DNA of 62,264 nt, filler included, from Catajapyx aquilonaris (taxonomy: Eukaryota): NCBI GenBank assembly GCA_000934665.2. It is 4 parts of 4 records of this genome, joined end to end, with 100 filler letters (N's around TTAATTAATTAA, not from the genome) between each part and the next. Parts side by side here need not be neighbours in the genome. Positions count along the whole stretch, not along the records: positions 31,085 to 46,598 come from JYFJ02007500.1; positions 46,699 to 62,264 come from JYFJ02007501.1; 2 more parts are not named here. One strand, given 5' to 3'. Shown piece after piece: positions 36,956 through 50,531 of this stretch; within the stretch, counting starts at the first letter, position 1, and each line of letters starts with the position of its first letter. Both the position numbers and the translations under genes were made by a program. The notes under the pieces are model-generated. The model had not been told where the DNA came from. It ran no database searches and saw only the letters and a program-made list of their open reading frames with translations.

Positions 36956-37298
36956 TCCTTGGGTAGTGCTTTTTACCCCTACTTGGGTTTCTCGCACGGA
37001 CCTTCATTGTACGGTACCGTTGTTTGTACATAGAAGATAGAACATTGGAACCATAGTTTTTGAAACACCCGGGCCCACGGGCAGGGTGACAGGAGGGGAT
37101 GTGCAAGGTGCAGCGCAATGTCGTTGCTGCGGTCATTTGTCAGCTCCCCCGGGTGGTTAGTCCGGGTTAGTCTTAACGGAGATACCACCCGAGACGAAGC
37201 CGGAGATGAAGGGCGGGGAACCTCGGGCTGCGATCGAACCCGGGACCGCAACATCCGTGGGCGCATACGTTACCGCAGCGCCATCGCCACTCCGCCTC
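36956..37298 (-). mobile_element. tRNA-derived SINE, family B
   Basis: Minus GAGGCGGAGTGGCGATGGCGCTGCGGTAACG...GGTCCCGGGTTCGATC...CATCTCCGGCTTCGTCTCGGGTGG aligns with the 35244 and 56593 copies. Confidence 0.88.
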
Positions 37299-37600
37299 AC
37301 AGGAGAAAATATTGCTCTGCGAGTCAATTGGTTATGTGAAAACACTGTTCTGGCAATGGACCCTGCATAAGAAAGTGTCACAACCTCATATAATTCGCAG
37401 GAATGTCATATAATGTAGTAAACCCCTTCCAGTAAGGGTGCTTTAATTATGTCACGTCCATAACGCGTACAAAAACCCTCATGTCCCACTCGTGTGCAAC
37501 TGTGCATTATGTAGGAGATTGTAGCATGGAATATACGGAAGTACCTACAGATTCTTATTGTTCCTCTGGCCATACCCATTACATCATCACTTGCATGTAC

Positions 37601-37858
37601 CAGGGTCCCCTATACATGGGTGCCTCACCCACCCTAGACATGGTACTGTCTCCACGTAGTCCTTATGGGGCGGCCATATTGGATCTACGAGATCTCGTAG
37701 ATTGCAATGCTGCAGTGTAGGAAATTGGCAAGCGTTTCCTGTTGTTTTTTTCAATGACATTTTTTCACGGCATGCAGATCCAATGTGAAGTCAGATCCAA
37801 TATGGCAGAGAGACAATACCCTGTCTAGGGTGGGGGAGGGACCATGTAGGGGACCCTG
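37601..37858. mobile_element. hAT-type MITE with long TIRs
   Basis: CAGGGTCCCCTA...CCCACCCTAGACA / TGTCTAGGGTGGG...TAGGGGACCCTG; 8-bp TSD GCATGTAC / GCATGTAT. Confidence 0.85.
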
Positions 37859-39900
37859 GCATGTATATACCAGCACGGAAACAGCCATCTTTCCCAAAAT
37901 GCGCGTGCGATTATAATGTCCGTAACGCTGGAATTTCTCAGATGCTTCATGGAAAAGTTGGCCTCATTAAGCATTAGTGTGCATGAATAACATGCATGAC
38001 TGAAGCTGTCGTAAAATGGGCCAGACATTGCAACGCCTGCATGCACGTATTTACAAAGAGTAGTCTATGAACTATGACGCGTTCTTTTGGACTTATTTAG
38101 TCATCCCTGTCACACTACTTGTCAGATATTTTTACTCATTTTACTTTTAGGTAACCACGAGTAGGTATGGGGGGTGGCGGACTACGAGTGGTATGACCAG
38201 TGAGTATCCCACGTATGTAATCCGGTTTTTTTTACAGCCGGTTCAGACTATACGTCTTCTGTGTTGTCACCATGCTACTACAAGCAAGTGAGAGCAATAA
38301 TGGCTGGTGTACTACGAGTTGGTATAGGAGAGTGACTACCCCCTCCGGTAACAAAACTGTTTCATAATTATGTCTTCTTTAGGGTCCCAATAACTTGATA
38401 AGTTATCTGCTGTAGTGCTCTAGTTTTCTGCGGGTGAGCATATGCTCATATATAGGCTTTTCTATATTTTAAAGTTATGACCTGGACCTTTTTATGTGTC
38501 AACTTCATGTAAAGGAATAAGTAATGCGCACCTGTTTGCATAAGGGTAGCACAGAGTGAGTGAACCAGGGCCTTTTGTGAATGAGCCTGAATGTTGCGGT
38601 TGCATCCCAGGGAAACACGAGCAGCAGAACAAGTCAGAACATGCCCGCAGGCAAACACATGTGTACTGAGCACACTGTGCTCAAAGTACTCGCAGCTGAA
38701 TAACGAAAACAAAATGAAGGGCGGGGGGATGCATTAATCATTAAGGGATACTGAACAGAGGTGACTTTTATTGCCTCGCAAAACCTGGCCTGACACATTG
38801 CAATACACTGTCGTATTATCTCCTGATCACTGCTTGCTTGGCTGGAATGTGGCTGCAGGGGAAGGTGACCGGGAGCCCTCACCCAGAAATATTCCACGAG
38901 CTTCACACCAGGCTTCTAGTTGACCACGGATTATGACTGTGGTGCTGGAAATTCAAAATTTCATAACTTTCGCGATCTTGAGGACAGTACTTGGTAGGTA
39001 ATCTCCCCACTCCCCTCCCCCAAAAAAGCCTTTCTGCCGGCTAATAATTAATTAACACGATTAGCATAATTTATTCTTGGCGCCAGGGGGCAGCGGATTC
39101 TCTACGAATACATGCCACGGTTATTAGTCAAATGTGCCGGGCTTTTCATTGGAGATTTGCGCATGAAAAATCCCCCCCCCNGCCCCTCATCCGGATTTCA
39201 CTCTCGCTCATGTAGTTAGTTCCTCAAGCTCGAGTACTCAATTTAGCGCCTTTTCACAGTTCCGTTTCTATTGCAAGGTGCTACCAACCCTTCCGAAAAG
39301 ACAATGTTCTGGGCTGAACCCCCCCGGATGGCTGTTTTGGGCTTGGCTGCTTGTGTGTTTTTTTTATGAAGTTGAACCAGCCTGCAATGGCTACCATTAT
39401 CACGCCCAGAACATTTTTCCGGAACAAATATCAGGCTGAGTGCGGTAATTGGGAGAAAAAGAGGACATCTTGGCGGAAGGCCTGGGGGTGAAGGGAGGCC
39501 AGGGCTGTGGGTGCTAATGGTGCATCGCGGTTTTTGCTCGGTTGTACTTGCCAACTGCCATCTTGTTGGAAGGGGATGCAACGAGGACACAGTGATTATC
39601 CACCTCTGGTTCCCCTCGCCAGATATAACTTACAGCCTCTGTGGCACGCGCTAATTGTCAGCTTATTGTTAGATGGGAGAGAATTGCTTGTTTGAACATT
39701 AATTTTATGGCTTATTTGCTCACAGGAAATATGTTAAGTCTTATTCAATAATAAAAGAGAAAATTAGTGTGTCTATTTGCTCTCGTTGGTGATCCGAGAG
39801 AAAAAGTTGATATATTAATCACTCTCCATGCTAAAAGGAAAATATCCAAACCTCGTGGCGAATCTTGACTGGAGTTCGAATGCTACCCAGGAGTGACTAA

Positions 39901-40033
39901 AGGCCCGTTTACACGAGGCCGATGCTAACAAAATATAAGCGCGGCCTGCCAATTAGTGTGTAGATCAGAGCTCGACGGACCGTGGTTGTTTTTCTAGCAG
40001 AGCAGCAGTGCGGCCTCGCGTGTAAACTGGCTT
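39901..40033. mobile_element. Small Harbinger/Tourist-like MITE
   Basis: TIRs AGGCCCGTTTACACG / CGTGTAAACTGGCTT; flanked by TAA / TTA. Confidence 0.7.
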
Positions 40034-40415
40034 TTATTCATCAACTCTTTCCTGTCCCGCTCTCGGCGGATCATGAACTTGGGGAGAAAAACGCTATGTA
40101 TTTTATTGTCTGCATATGCATCACTGTACCGACGACTCCCAGTAAAAAGTCATGTAGAGTATTATTTTGGTCATGGAGGATCAGTGCGAAGAATCACTCT
40201 ACGTACTCATTTTGCAGAATATACTAGCCACTTTATTATAGTGTAACTCATTGAAAGTATCAAATGATAAGACTAACTCCAAGACTAAATCGATAAATAT
40301 CATGAACTCTATGGATTTTGTACTCTCCCAATTTTTAGTAAAAATTCAACACAAAAAATAGTACTTTCGAAACTCAGCAAAAACTTAATTATTACCTCAA
40401 ATAGATTGAAATATA

Positions 40416-40954
40416 CAGTAAAACTTCTGTCGAACTTCCCTAAGTCGAAGTTCTCTATAAGTCGAATAAAATGATGAGCTTTGTTGGTCCCAATGTAACA
40501 GGAAATAATCTTCCCTAACTCGAATTTCTATAACTCGACGTGCAGGCAGGGCCTTACGATGGGATATCAATGCATTTTCAGTCTCCCTAAGTCCAAGTTC
40601 ATGTTGGCGAGTAATGAAAATTGTCTCATTTCCCAGCAGAAGGGTCGAGAGTAGGCCACTTCCTGATCTCCGTCCACCAGCAGACGTACCGAAAGAAGCG
40701 TTATTGAATCCTTGAATGTAAGAGTAGGCAAATGTCCATAATGGAGTTTTTTTTTTTTACACCAAGGCAACGAGGAACATTGCAAGTGTGATAATGCGGA
40801 CCAGTTATTTTAAAGTTTTGAACACCTTTCGTCGCTGGATATAAATGTACTGATAGGCTTCCTTAGAGAGTTATGTGCTTTAAAAAAGCCAAACTTCTCT
40901 AACTCGAAGTTTTTTCCGGTCTCATGAAGATTCGACTTATAGAAGTTTTACTTG
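40416..40954. mobile_element. Tc1/mariner (Tigger-like) MITE
   Basis: TA-CAGTAAAACTTCT ... AGAAGTTTTACTTG-TA; subterminal TAAGTCGAA/TAACTCGAA repeats. Confidence 0.85.
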
Positions 40955-43900
40955 TATTAACCTAATGAGAGAGTACATGAGTGGCAGCACATTCTTTCTG
41001 CCAGTGCTGGAACCCAATATAGGCTAACTCGATTAGAGAGGTTTTTCGCTCAATATGAGTGAAAATTACTCCAAGCTCGAAATGTTATTATGGGCTCACT
41101 GGCTGAACAACGTTAGGAGGCCTGAGGAGGTAGAGGATGTTGGGAGGGTATGAGAGACGCATGATCCCGTGCATATCTGTCTAGCAAGTCACAAAGACAT
41201 CAAATGGATAAAGTCTCTGATTTTTCTGGTTGCGGTCCCAGATCTATCTCGCGCAAGACGACGATGACGGTGCCTAAGATGACCATGGAAGAACTTACTA
41301 TGTGGCAGAGGGAAGTACAGTACTGTAGGCCATGACGAAGCAGTTCGTCCTTTAGCCTACCCTACACTTACTGCATGAATTCAATCCGTTTTAAGAATAT
41401 CTTGGTTGTATTTCAGCTATTGCATTTTAGTTATACAGTAGGCCTTAGCCTATCCTTCCGATTGACACCCTTGCAATTCGGACACGTTTGCATCACTTTT
41501 ACATTGTGCAAAACATTAAATGTTGCCTAATTGGGTTCATAAAATATATGTACTTAGCCGACATAATTGATATTATTTATCAAAGTTCAATTACGTGCGC
41601 ACACTAGCGTGATTTTTGTATAAATGTGCATTACTGGAAATAATGCTTTCATGACGGATTCAATCTGGACTCTAATTTTCGCAACTCACCATAACTCGAA
41701 CCGATATCCCAGATTTTCATGAAATTTCAGTTAGTTTACAAATGAGAATTTCGAGTTAAGGTTTAAAAAAAATATTCCAATTCACCTTCCAATGTAATTT
41801 GGACCTTCCCTTACGCATACAGTAGTTTACATCATGCCATGTTTGTTTCGGGCATGCCAGTTCAGGGTTACAACTGCAATTATATATACACTGTAATATT
41901 ATACTGTAGTAACATGTCTAAAGTTATATTGAATTTCGGAAAAAAAACATTATTTATGGAATGGTGGTGCCTGCTGTGTAATAAAAATTACTAGTCAATA
42001 ATAATTATTGGCAATTTAATTCAATTCAATTACTCCCGTTCCGTATAGAATGGAAGGTAACATTACCGTATTACTTCACTTGTCGGTTCACTTGTCGGCA
42101 TGTCGGTATGAAACGAGGGATCAACATTCCAGTATAACCCGAGGTCGCAATAACTGGGGTAGATTTCCATAATTTTTATCATTGACTTTTTGGAATGCAT
42201 CTGATGGCATATACTGTACTAAAATAATGTTACAGTGAAAAATGAGCAAGTACAGGGCTGTGGGAATATGCAAGTTCATCTGTTGCACAGGGCATAGAGT
42301 GTGACCAATCCCATATTCAGCCTCTCCCCCTAAAGGAGCCCATGGCTCCATAACGGGGAAATGTAAAATAAAAATAAAATAAATATTCAGCCTGCTCTGA
42401 CTGAGAGGGAAACCCCCCCAAACAAAGGAGCATTAAGGCAAATTGCTTCATTCCTTTGTTTTGCTATCAATAGGTCACTGGTCGCAGATCTCGTTGGCAA
42501 TAAGATGATCTCTTTATGTAGTGGTATCAATTTTTCTGAGAAGCCTCGTTACTCAGTCAGATAATAAAATCCAAACCCAACGTATGAAATATCCTGGTAG
42601 GTATGCTTCCCTTCTCGTGGCCTTTCACTTTTAATTGAAAATGTTGCCGTGAAATATAGAACTTAACTAATGATCTTACTTATGGGATGTGTCAGGCAAC
42701 AGAAGGGTCCTGGGGTATCCACATAGTAGCACATGCATTCATTTGAGTAACTTAATAATAGTTTTCACATAGAGATCGTGATAATGCCAATGCTGTGATT
42801 TAGAAAACCTCGCTTTTTACCGGCATACACCACTTAGATTGGCATGCCGGTATAGCCACCAGGATCATGCATTTCTAAAAACTGGTCGACCTCGACTACA
42901 CCGGCATGCTGCTTTAAGTGAGGTAATGTGTTTGTTTGTTTGTCACTCATACTGTACTTTTTTTTGCTGGGTTTAGAGACATGTGAATACAGTTCTGTTA
43001 GATAATATGAGGAGTATGTCTCTGATTTGTGTTAGTTGGATTAGAACTTGATGCTTCAGAATGTACTTATTTATATTGTAGTTTTTAAATAATATTGTTC
43101 TAAAATCCTAAATCATGGATATTATTTGTTTTGCGGCTGTCAGCAACCTGTTTTGAATAAATCCATAAGACAGTAACCTATTTTGCAATTATTTAGTGAA
43201 TATATTAGAGATTGCTCTGTTCCATCCAAGCAATATTAAGGTTGATTGGCTTTGTTATTAACTTGTGGAAGGATTCAGCATTTCTATAATACTTTGCGTG
43301 GTGATTGCGTAGCAAACACTGTATCTGCTGGTGTCACCACAGACAATGTTCGGAAAATAAAATCTCTTCCACAGAGAAAAAAAATATTGCTGTGCCATGA
43401 ATATTTCCCCGGTAGAGCGGCAGGTGGATGCAGAGGGAGAGAAGATTCACTCGATTATCGAGTGAAATATGGAATGCACATAAAGAGTAATGGTTTTGGA
43501 ATTTCCGCTCAAAATGAATGAAACAACTACTCGATTGGAGTGAAAAATTTCATTCGAAAAGGTGAGAGCCAAATCAAGTGGAAGGAGTAAAAATTTCCTT
43601 GATTTGAGTGGAATTTCACTCGAAAATCTTCAGGCAGATAGGCTCTAAATTCACTGAAATGTGAATTAGAACCTTACAATGGTCGTTACCTTTGTGGAAA
43701 ATATGTGCATTTTGACTGCACTGCATTATGCGCATAACTGTCATTATACAGTATACGTGCATGTATGATGGTCACAGGTCCTATAAAAGGTGTCCTTTAA
43801 ATCTTGCTGAAAATTTTTGGGATAATTCAACTGTTTCGAACTGTTCCGATGAGCCCCGATCCTTCACCGCATCCATTACGATTAACCGGACATGTGACAA

Positions 43901-44821
43901 TTCACCGTGTCCATCATAGGGACCATATCTCCAATTACTAACCTAATTTCCCTGCACATGGGCAAATTTTTTGAGGGGATGGGAAGAGGGTTGGGGCCTG
44001 TGTGTAGTTTGGGGAGATGGAAACGACGCAAAAAAAAAATCCATTTGGCGTGCAGCAAAGCTAGGAAGAGCTAGGTATGTCTGGTTGAGAATCATTTTGA
44101 TTGGTAGAGTGGGAAAGGAAGGGCGGGCGGGCAGAGGGAGGGAGAGAGGGAGCGGGGAGAGAGGGGGGATCCAGCCGATTTGACGCGAGAAAATGGAAAA
44201 AGGCGGCCGTTTCTCCCGAAACGATCCACTCAGTCCTTTTCTCAATAAGCTGAAGGAATCGGGGCTTGCTAACCTGGCAACAGGGCCAGCTGATAACTTC
44301 CCTTCCCCCATTGATTTCCGATGTCTCCAGAAACAAAAAGAAGCCTTTGGCCCGGGGAAATCTTCCAGTTTTTTTTGGCAAAAAAAGGGGTGGCAGATTT
44401 TTTTAGAGAGATAGGGGTGAGGTGGGGAGGTGCATAAGGAGATTGCTATACCGCGTGCTTCGGTTAGTGTTTGCAAGACTTTTCCGAGAGGCCAATGTGT
44501 GCACATTTCGGGTTGAAAAGACCGGAATTGCGCTATTCAAGCTCGACCCAACTCGTCACAATCGACGCCCAAAATGTGACTTTGACTATTCTTTTGTGGC
44601 CCGAGAAATTGAGGTGGCGAAGGGAAGGGGAAGTAGAGAATAAGAAGAAGAAGAAAAAAGTTTGGCCGAATCTACGTTGCTCTCTTCCTGTTTATTTATT
44701 CTCTTTCATTCCCAAAGGCACTTGTGCATCGGGAAATTTTCTATTGATTAAAAAATACTGTTAGGTTTTGCCACTGCAATCATTTGCGTAATTTTTGTGA
44801 CAGTTTTATGCAGTTCTCCTG

Positions 44822-44976
44822 TCCCAAGGAGAAACACCCTAACTGAAAAACCAGTAAGGGTGAAGGTCGCGTGCATGCCCTGCACTAATCCCATCTGAGT
44901 CAGGGGGGATTAGTGTAGGACATGCATGCGACTTTCACCCTTATTAGTTTTGCAGTTAGGGTGTTTCTCCTTGGGA
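44822..44976. mobile_element. Hairpin (foldback) element with ~70-bp arms
   Basis: TCCCAAGGAGAAACACCCTAACTG... / ...CAGTTAGGGTGTTTCTCCTTGGGA. Confidence 0.75.
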
Positions 44977-45249
44977 TGGCAGAGTTGGGTACAGCCCGAA
45001 CTTGATAATAAATTACCAGTGATTAAAGTGTATTAACCCATATGTGGGCTTTTCTGATGACTGAATTTAAATGTTGATAATGATGTCAAATGTTGTGACG
45101 TGCCCGCCCGGCTATAGAGGGCACGACACATGGGAACTAGGCCCAAGTACCCACCAGGCCTAGCCCCGACCCCTTTCTCCCACTCACCCCAGACAAAGGA
45201 GTCACACAGTTCCTGTATAAAACTGTTTATTTCACACTCACAATCATAC

Positions 45250-45691
45250 CAGGGAGCATATACTACATAAGAGGCGCAAACATTCGATTTTTTTCGTCTC
45301 TCTGTTTATGGCGTTGTCAAGGCTGGCGGCCATCTTGGAGTGTGTGGTATGTCAACGAGGTGTAAATAGGGTACAGGCAGGCCGTCAAGGTCCGCGGGGT
45401 CCGCCATCTTTGATGGTTTGGGCTGCCATGGCAATACACGGCAACAACAATTTACTTACCCATTTTCCAATATCGAATTCAAATTCGCGCGTGTTATTGC
45501 CGTGTATTGCCATGGCTGCCAAACCATCAAAGATGGCGGACCTTATTTTTGCCTGTACCCTATTTATACCTCGTTGGCATCCCACACAGGTCAAGATGGC
45601 CGCCGGCCTTAGTAACGCCCTATAAACAGAGAGATGCTAACAACAATGGCCTGACAGAAGTTTGCGCCTCTTATGTAGTATATGCTCCCTG
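45250..45691. mobile_element. Almost fully palindromic 442-bp MITE (P- or hAT-like)
   Basis: Perfect terminal IR CAGGGAGCATATACTACATAAGAGGCGCAAAC with arms continuing to the centre; TSD ATCATAC (45243-45249 / 45692-45698). Confidence 0.9.
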
Positions 45692-46598
45692 ATCATACCC
45701 AGCATACACACAGAACGCTTAAGGGCGGTATCCACTGCTCAATATCACGGGGTTTCAACCCGTTCAACCCCTTGAATCAACCCCTTGAGCGGGCTTGAAC
45801 CAAGTAGAGCACGGACGGCCCTACTCGGTTCAACTCATTGAATTCAAGGCCCAACGGCCCCTCAGACACAGGACACCAGGAGGTCACCTCCAACCCAACC
45901 ACCCTGTTCCCTTGCCTCGCCTCGTCCCTTCTACTCTACTCCTCCTCCTACCCTGCCTCCCCCCTCATCCTCACAACCCTCAGTAAGGTGCAGCCATCTG
46001 CTGTGGTGGCTGACACCTACGCAAGCCGCCACAATGTGTAGAGGAAATTTGCATTTTATATAGTACACCACAACATCACGTAATTGGCAGGTATTGTACA
46101 TTTTAAACATAGAATGGGTAATTCTGTTATTGATTCCTTTTAAGTAATCGTCCCATTAAGTTACACTTTTGGTACTATGAAATCGCTTTCATGAGAATAC
46201 TGCATTTTGTAACAGGCGTCCGGAAAAGTAATGATCACTCAAGCTAGCTTCAATGAGTGATGCAGCTCATACGCGCATCTATAGATTATCCCTATAGATT
46301 AATAATCCGGGTTTTGCGTAATTTTGTACTCAGTTCTTGACGAGTGCCCAACAGCGTTGGAGAAACTCATGGCCGAAAAAGACTTTGGAACATAAACTAA
46401 CTGTAGTGTGTAGTCCTATCCTTGGTCCACATCTTTATTTGGTCGTATTGAACTGATCAAAACTATGCACGTATACCGTACCGGTATTCTCAGACAACTC
46501 TTTTCGCGGGCAAAGGTTACCATGGGGTGTTCAGTAACACACACGACACCTTCCGCTACTGTGCAACCGTGGTTTATTGACCTAAGGCGGATACATTA

Positions 46599-46698
46599 NN
46601 NNNNNNNNNNNNNNNNNNNNNNNNNNNNNNNNNNNNNNNNNNTTAATTAATTAANNNNNNNNNNNNNNNNNNNNNNNNNNNNNNNNNNNNNNNNNNNN
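46599..46698. other. Artificial contig-joining spacer N44-TTAATTAATTAA-N44
   Basis: Identical 100-nt spacer. Confidence 0.98.
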
Positions 46699-46790
46699 TT
46701 CTGTTTTGAGACAAACGGATTTTTGCGTTGGGGTCAGGATTTTTTGCCTGATTTTTAGACATCAACTTGTCTTCAGACTGGAGTGTCCCT
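46699..46790. mobile_element. Kolobok-like DNA transposon terminus (TTAA target), truncated by the contig start
   Basis: Ends ...CTGGAGTGTCCCT-TTAA; reverse complement of 62141-62232 with 2 mismatches. Confidence 0.75.
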
Positions 46791-46799
46791 TTAAGCCTG

Positions 46800-49700
46800 T
46801 GCCAATTATCCTTCAACATGGATTAACTTCGATATATCGTAGGTTACCTTGTGCAGTTTATCTTACACATCTTTGAAGTACCGGTACATATTTTTACCTT
46901 AAACGAAAGTTACCGTTTTCGTGGTTTATCTTTGATGTGAATAATTATTATTGGTGATCCGTCACCAGAATTATCCTGGCCCAGTGGATCATATTTGACA
47001 TGGCGTATCATATAAATGGGTTATATTTGATACTTCATGTGGTTTATAGTCTGCGAAAAATTATTCCTGTGGTTAATTTTTATTTACGAGTAGTGTCATC
47101 CGACAATTTTATGAGGTTTCATTGAGTTTCAGTGAGGATTATCCGCCACATTGTGGCTTATCTCCCTATGGGGTTGAGTCTGTCCCCATATGGATTATAA
47201 ACAACAGCAACAACAACAACAACAACAACACCATCACCATCACGACATTTCCCTGTAAGGGGTAGTCAGCGATGACGGGAGCCACAAGCTAACCCAAAAT
47301 ATGAACTAAATTAAAACTTGTAAAAATCAACCTATAAATCACCTATCCGGCCCCCCACCCCTGCCCATCTCAGACGACAAACTCTCAATATTAAATATTA
47401 AATTTAAATATTACACGACTATGCAACGCGGTACTTATTATTCGCGGTTGCTTATTCGAATTAAACGAATGACTTTGCTTCTCATTGCTAATCCCCCTAT
47501 GCATCACATTTTATATGATTTTTCTTAATGAGAAAATCAAGCCCGGTATTTTTCTCCTTTTCATGACACTTTAGAGTTTAGACTAATATTATACTTGTAA
47601 TGGGTAAATCTAAATGCATATTTATTATGACGGAAACCACTTCAATCCGAAAATCTGAAATAAATTACCATTTATCTGAATGTTCTCATCACCTGGTCTT
47701 ATCCTTCACTTGGTTAGTTAGTAACTGATGTAGTTTATATCGTTTCCGTCTGTAGGATTTCAGATGAGTTCTATGTATTTTATTTTTAATTACCCTACAC
47801 CATTAATTCTCAAGAAGGTTAAGCTACAATAGTTTGTCCTAAGTGATTTTTCCTTAAATATACGATAACCGGGTGAATTAAATAATCACATCTCTGGATT
47901 TTTCACCTGGACCTATTATAAGTGATTGTGTAGCTTATATTTTTTCAGGATTTCAAGTGCATTCCATGTGCCGTTTATCCTAAACAACTCTTCATTACTG
48001 AACCTTATGGGGATTGAGTGCCAAGTGGTCTAGACTGACAATTATCTCCCAAAATTGTAACCCCCATGTAAGTGAACGTCTGCAGTTTATTCTATATTTT
48101 AATTAAATACACGTGGTTTAACTTAACTGAAAATTACCTTCCTCGTGGTTTATTCATGATGAGTTATTGCTCACCCGTCACCACAATTATCATGGAATTA
48201 TCCTGGTGTGGATTGTATTTTTAATCGTTCATCCTACATGGGCTTATCCTCCAAACCTGAACTTAAGCTCTCACTGTGGTTTATACAGTATTTCTCGAGG
48301 ATCAATCCATAGTTCTATGTGGGGTATCGTCAGTGATAATATTCGTCGTATCCTTGCTTATCAGGCCCCATTAGGTTTAGCCAAATCCGCATGGTTTAAT
48401 CCTCAATAGAATAAATTATGGGGTTTTTGATTCACCTTGACAGCTCTTCTATGGATTAAGTTTCATATGATTTATCATACGAGCAAATCGCCCCTGACAT
48501 TATTATCCCGCTTCGATGATACTTGGAGAGGATTATCTATCCTTATGATGGATTAAGATTAATGCATATTTATAATGTAATACCCCTCAATTGAATAACC
48601 TGACTTGAACGATCCTTCCTCTGGATTATTTCCCCTGGGGGATCCGTCACTTGGATTGTTAGTAACTGTATAATATTGCTTCCGTCTAGGATTTCATGTG
48701 AATTCCATACGGTTTACCTTAAATTTCATGAACGTTAAGTTCTCTGTGACTTCCATATGAGCTAACGTATATAGGCAGTTTATCCTACACATGGATTATT
48801 TTTCCTGGATAAATGAGAGAGAAATTATTATATTTCTCTTGAATATATTATCCATAATGAGTTGTGACTTATCCGTCATCGGAATTGGCCTTGTGGAGAT
48901 TAAATGTGACAAGGTTTAATCCAAATGGGGATTATCCTCCACTTGGTTTATCGCCAGCGTAAATGAAATGCGTGTGATATATGTTACTTGATTATTATTT
49001 ATAAGACTCGTCTCATAGTCAGCAGGACATGGAGAATAAGACTTATTCTCCATGTCCTGCTTATCCCCATGTAAATTAAGTTCGATGTGGTTTCACCTAT
49101 TCCCTATAATCCCTTATCCTTCAAGTGAATCATTTCTGCATGTTTTATCCATCAACTGGCTTATACTCAATGTGTATTAATTTCCTTATGGTTTATCCAA
49201 ATTTTTGATCATCCTTCCTGTGCTACCATTAGCCTAGAAATTACTCTTATTGATATTAAAGATGCCCTCTGACTGATTACAACCTTGCATTAATTAAAGG
49301 TTAATAATGATCCCATGTGGCTTATTGGTAAGCTAATCCTGATAGGATTGCAGATGAATTCCACGCAATTTATCTTGTTTGTGAATTGAATTATTGAGTC
49401 CAGAACATACCCTTGTGCAAAGTTTATCCTTATAACAGTGATTATTATCCTCGTGTGAATTATTTCCAGGTGATTGATCCTAAATAAGCATAATCCTCTT
49501 AGTGATTTATTTCTCATCAGTAGTGCAGTCGTAGTTTATCAATGTCATGGTATTACTGAGCTCATTTCCCTGTATAGATGAGTGGATTATGGACCCCGTA
49601 ATTAATAGTCGATTAATATTCACGACGATTTCTCAATATGGATCAACGTCCATATAATTATGTGAACAAGTGCCGTTTATTCCACATCTCAAATATTAAG

Positions 49701-50520
49701 TACATGGCTTACCTTAATCGTAAATTACTTTCTCGTGGTTAATCTATGATGAATACTTATTGGTTTTCCGTATAAGGAACCTATTTCTAGGTTCTTAAAA
49801 ACCCACAAATACTGTAGGTAGGCATTTAGGCCTCTAAAACAATCAAAATAGGCTCTTAATAGGCTGTAAAATTAAGCAGGTCCTATTGATTTCTACGCAA
49901 TATTACAGCCTATTTCTGGCCAGGGAATTTTGCATCACAGTAACAAACTAGCAGTAGTTCCATATTTTCATTAGTTAATCCGGCAGTTATTCGGTCCCGC
50001 CTGTCTGACAATACATTTCTACACTCTGAAAATCTTTTGACGTCACACAAAGCAACTGAATAATACTTAAAAAGTGAAATGCCTTCTATACAGCCAGTTC
50101 ATCCGGCATGCCTACAGCATCTTTGCCATTCACAGATGGAAGTGGGAGGGATTCCTTGAACGGAAAACCCACGGAACTGTCCAAAAGCTTACACAACGGC
50201 GTCAAAAAGTTGGAAATAGGCGAAAATAGGCGCTAATAGGCCATGTAGGTTCCAACGTCCGAAATAGGCAATTTTAAGTTCTATAAAACTACGATTTTGG
50301 AGGTACTTGTGTTATGAAACGAATATATATATATATTTCGGTTCCGGTGTTCTGCCTGCAGAATAAAAAAGTAGGTAAAGAACTAGAAATCCGATCTCTA
50401 GCTTATCCGTCACCACTCACCAGGATTATCCAAGGCGTGGATTATATTTGACATGGCTTATCCTAAATGGGCCTATATTATATGAATGCTGGTTTCTATC
50501 AAATAAAACCTGCATTAAAT
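46800..50520. repeat. Ancient decayed repeat region built from GGATTATCC/GGTTTATCC-like motifs, with kb-scale duplicated segments
   Basis: Homologous blocks at ~46905, ~48130 and ~49720+50400 (TTAC...TCGTGGTTTAT...CCGTCACCA...TTATCC), and at ~47700 / ~48640. Confidence 0.65.
49773..50400. mobile_element. Non-autonomous DNA transposon (hAT-like) with AAATAGGC subterminal repeats
   Basis: Imperfect TIRs ...ATTTCTAGGTTCTT / AAGAACTAGAAATCCGATCTCTA; it interrupts the host repeat, which resumes at 50401. Confidence 0.6.
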
Positions 50521-50531
50521 TTCTCTCCCCA

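Noticed and set aside
36744..37136. ORFs with poly-I/V/L/S tracts (also 55402-55686)
   Set aside because: Trinucleotide microsatellite translations.
43943..44506. 187-aa minus-strand ORF
   Set aside because: Low-complexity purine/pyrimidine-biased DNA; no recognisable domain or splice structure.
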